This document shows, piece by piece, positions 61,408 through 64,000 of a stretch of 64,000 bases of DNA. Made by a program: the position numbers and the translations under genes. The stretch comes from the human T2T-CHM13v2.0 reference genome, Homo sapiens, in the NCBI RefSeq assembly GCF_009914755.1, contig NC_060926.1; one strand, 5' to 3'. Numbering within the stretch: the stretch's first letter is position 1; each line of letters opens with the position of its first letter. The notes beneath the pieces are model-generated. The model did not search any database and was not told the origin of the DNA. It was given only the letters and a program-made list of their open reading frames with translations.

Positions 61408-63482
61408 CATCCATCCATCCTCCCATCCATCTATCCATCCATCCATCCAACCAAACATTCAGGTAAACTAATGTAAACCAGAGTGTTATTGGCTTTAAAA
61501 ATCATAACATTACATTGTTCCCAGTTGAGAGAATTTCTGGCATAATAACAGACTAAAGGGGTAGATATTGAGGGAGAACACAGAGTGGGTTTAACTATCT
61601 TATGTTCTCTACTTAATCAATAGCTGGTTAACTTAAATCTGTTATGCCAGGATAAAAACAAATTTGAAGATGGTTCTTCTCAGTCCACAGTCACTTCTGC
61701 CTAGTTGCTATCATTATAGAATGTGAAATAAACTGCAGCTGTGGCCACAAAGTCCCTTTTGCTGAGGCTGGGAGGGCCCAGGTTGCAGCAGATGCGGAGG
61801 CCTCTGCCAGGCACCTGCCCTGGTCTTGCTGCTGACCTCCTTGCAGGGTTTCGGTGGTGGGGCTCCTCCTGTGGTCAGGTCACTGGGATTTCGAATACGA
61901 TCTGTCCTGTCATCACTTTCACTTTGATTAGCTTCATTCTGAAGAACTTTCGACAGCATTCGCAAACATGGGTCGGCATGAGAAAACCAGTTCCTCTGTA
62001 TAGGACTGATTTAATCTCTTTGTATAGAGGCTGATCTTGGGAAAAAATACACTCCTGTTTACGTCAAACATACAGGACGCGTCAGCCCACAGCCACTCTC
62101 AATGCTTCCTGGGTTTTCTTGGTGGGGGCCCCTCTGCATCGCTGGGACAGTGAGTGAAGAGATTGGCCCTGATGTGTCAGTCCCTGCTGGGCTTGGTGCT
62201 GTTGTCTCTGGGTGTAATCAAACAATCTGTATCTTAGTGGGACATCCTGCTTGCTCTGTGTGACTCAGAGCTCTCAGGCAGCTGGTTGAAGCTTTGTTTA
62301 TAGTAGTGCCACCCACTCACTCCACACCCCCGACTCCCTATAAACTACTCCACAGGTGGCCAGACTTTTGGTGCAAATAAAAGTTTGTCAACTGTTGCAC
62401 CCTTTCTCCTGTCTTTTTTTTTTTTTAACTTATCTAAACAAAATTAAGCTGTGGGGAGTTCATTAATAAAAGGTTTCTTTTACAACATTATTGGCACTCT
62501 GCAAGGCGCTTTGGAGGAGAGTGGGAAGATCAATATTACCTAGAGTAAAATAGCAGGGCAGATATTACTCAAGGGAAATCGGTTCTTAATAAGAGAGAGA
62601 ATATGGATTTCTATCCGGGCAGTCAGTTTGAATATGATGAAACAGTGTGTTAGAGTCGGCGGTCTAGTAATTATCTGAGAAGGCTTAGAGACTATAAATG
62701 TGTGTGTGTGTTATAAAAGAACAAACCAAAAAACCTCTCAGCCAAAGCTTTTCAGAAATAAAAAGCAAGTATTTCCACAGATGACCAGACACCAAAAAAT
62801 TAGAACAATGTGAATCCATTAAATGACAAAAGTGCAGAGCATCACACAGAAATGGTGTGATGACTTCCTGCGTTTGCCTCTGGGAGGGAGGCAGAGAACA
62901 GGGAGAAAATGCAGGCTTCTAGATGGGACTGCTAATGAGAAGCCATTCCTCTTCTTTAAGCCTGGGTCTTTTACTTGTCTCTTGGACGCTTCGTGAACAT
63001 GTGAAAACGGGCAGAAAGCGCAGTGGAATGGTACTGAGAGCACACCAATTTAATGGGGTGCAGGTTACTCTCCATCCTTGTCATGTGAGCCAATTAACCT
63101 TCTGGCTGTTGAAATGCAACTGGCAGTTAATTGGGCCATTGTTGAGAACAGTGCAGAGGCCTTAGTACCATTTGCAAATTGCTGAGATAGGAATCTCTGG
63201 ATGGCTCCTGGGATGAGGGCAAACCAGTTCAGCTGCAGCTATGGTGGAACCTTGGCTCTTAGGCCCAAGGAGTTTCCAGGTGACCCCTGGAAGTCCCAGT
63301 GCATTGCAGTCTTAGCACATTGCTCGAGAAGGTGAGGGAGAAGAAGAGAGAAATGAAAGAAAATTTCCAGATGAAGAAAAGACAGGAAAGACAGAGGAAG
63401 AAAGGAGGGAGGGAGATTGAATAAAAGAAAGAGGGAGAAGGTGAAGAAGGAAAGAGAGAGAGAGAATATATATAACGCTTTT

Positions 63483-63519
63483 AGGTGTTACCTTTGATCA
63501 GGGCGATTGACCAAGGTCA
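63483..63519 (+). promoter_or_regulatory. Candidate composite element: T-box + TCF/LEF + NR5A
   Basis: AGGTGTTA 63483-90, CCTTTGATC 63491-99, CCAAGGTCA 63511-19. Confidence 0.35.
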
Positions 63520-63843
63520 GCTTTCTTCAACGTGTATTCAGAGGAGGGCTCATGTCCTATAAGGTATTCATTGGTGTTTTACAGGGGAAATTTTTAAAAA
63601 GTGGGGCAGGGAAATCCACTGGTCCCACCCATTTGGGAAGTGTTTGGTTCAGCAGGTTTCTCTGGTGTAGCTCCTCTCAGAGCCTTTCGTAAACTGGAGT
63701 GCATTATGGAGCTCCAAGATGGGGCCATAGTATACAATTTCTCCTTACATTATTTTATTGAGATATTGTTTATTCAAGGACAAGCAGTCTGAGAAATTGA
63801 GTTTTTGAAATAATGATCCAGGCCTTTCCTGCAACACTGAGCT

Positions 63844-64000
63844 GTTTCTTTCCTTTTCTTTTTTAACCATGCAACAAAACCTTTATTAGCATTTTGAACA
63901 GGTTCAGCTATTACTGAAACTTGTAATTTCTAAACTTAAGTTGGGGCAAATGGCTATACGGCAGAGTAATGCCATCACTGGGCACTGCGAATGCAAGACT
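63844..64000 (-). pseudogene. Processed ubiquitin B (UBB) pseudogene: 3'UTR and decayed poly(A); the coding part would lie beyond the window
   Basis: Reverse complement reads gcattcgcagtgcccagtgatggcattactctgc...ccaacttaagtttagaaattacaagtttcagtaatagctgaacctgttcaaaatg.taATAAAggttt.gttgcatgg + A-rich tail, matching the recalled UBB 3'UTR; AATAAA at 63882-87. Confidence 0.92.

Noticed and set aside
63335-63470. GA-rich tract
   Set aside because: Ordinary low-complexity purine run without periodic structure

Overview
Human (hominid) intergenic DNA, roughly half of it interspersed repeats: Alu, L1, L2, MIR, MaLR/ERVL/ERV1 LTRs and hAT/Tigger DNA transposons. I find no intact protein-coding gene, rRNA, tRNA or CRISPR array; the listed ORFs come mostly from repeats or low-complexity DNA. 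The window starts in the 5' end of a minus-strand L1PA7/8-like element, which keeps an open antisense ORF0-like frame. It ends in the poly(A) tail and 3'UTR of a minus-strand processed ubiquitin-B (UBB) pseudogene. Which UBB pseudogene is not established here; UBBP1 in the CXCR4-THSD7B desert is only a guess from memory. Two near-consensus AluYa5 elements lie in inverted orientation 14.7 kb apart. The most distinctive signal is a series of locally templated insertions that interrupt old transposons: ~220 bp and ~105 bp direct copies from 1.4-1.7 kb downstream, a ~45 bp inverted copy, several fold-back micro-insertions and a four-part L1/THE1 mosaic. These read as a fossil record of template-switch or break repair. 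Several repeat-free blocks carry clustered PBX-HOX-MEIS, T-box/TCF/NR5A, ETS or CTCF motifs and may be distal enhancers (inference only). Repeat subfamily names are from recall of consensus sequences and boundaries are approximate; RepeatMasker/Dfam should confirm them.
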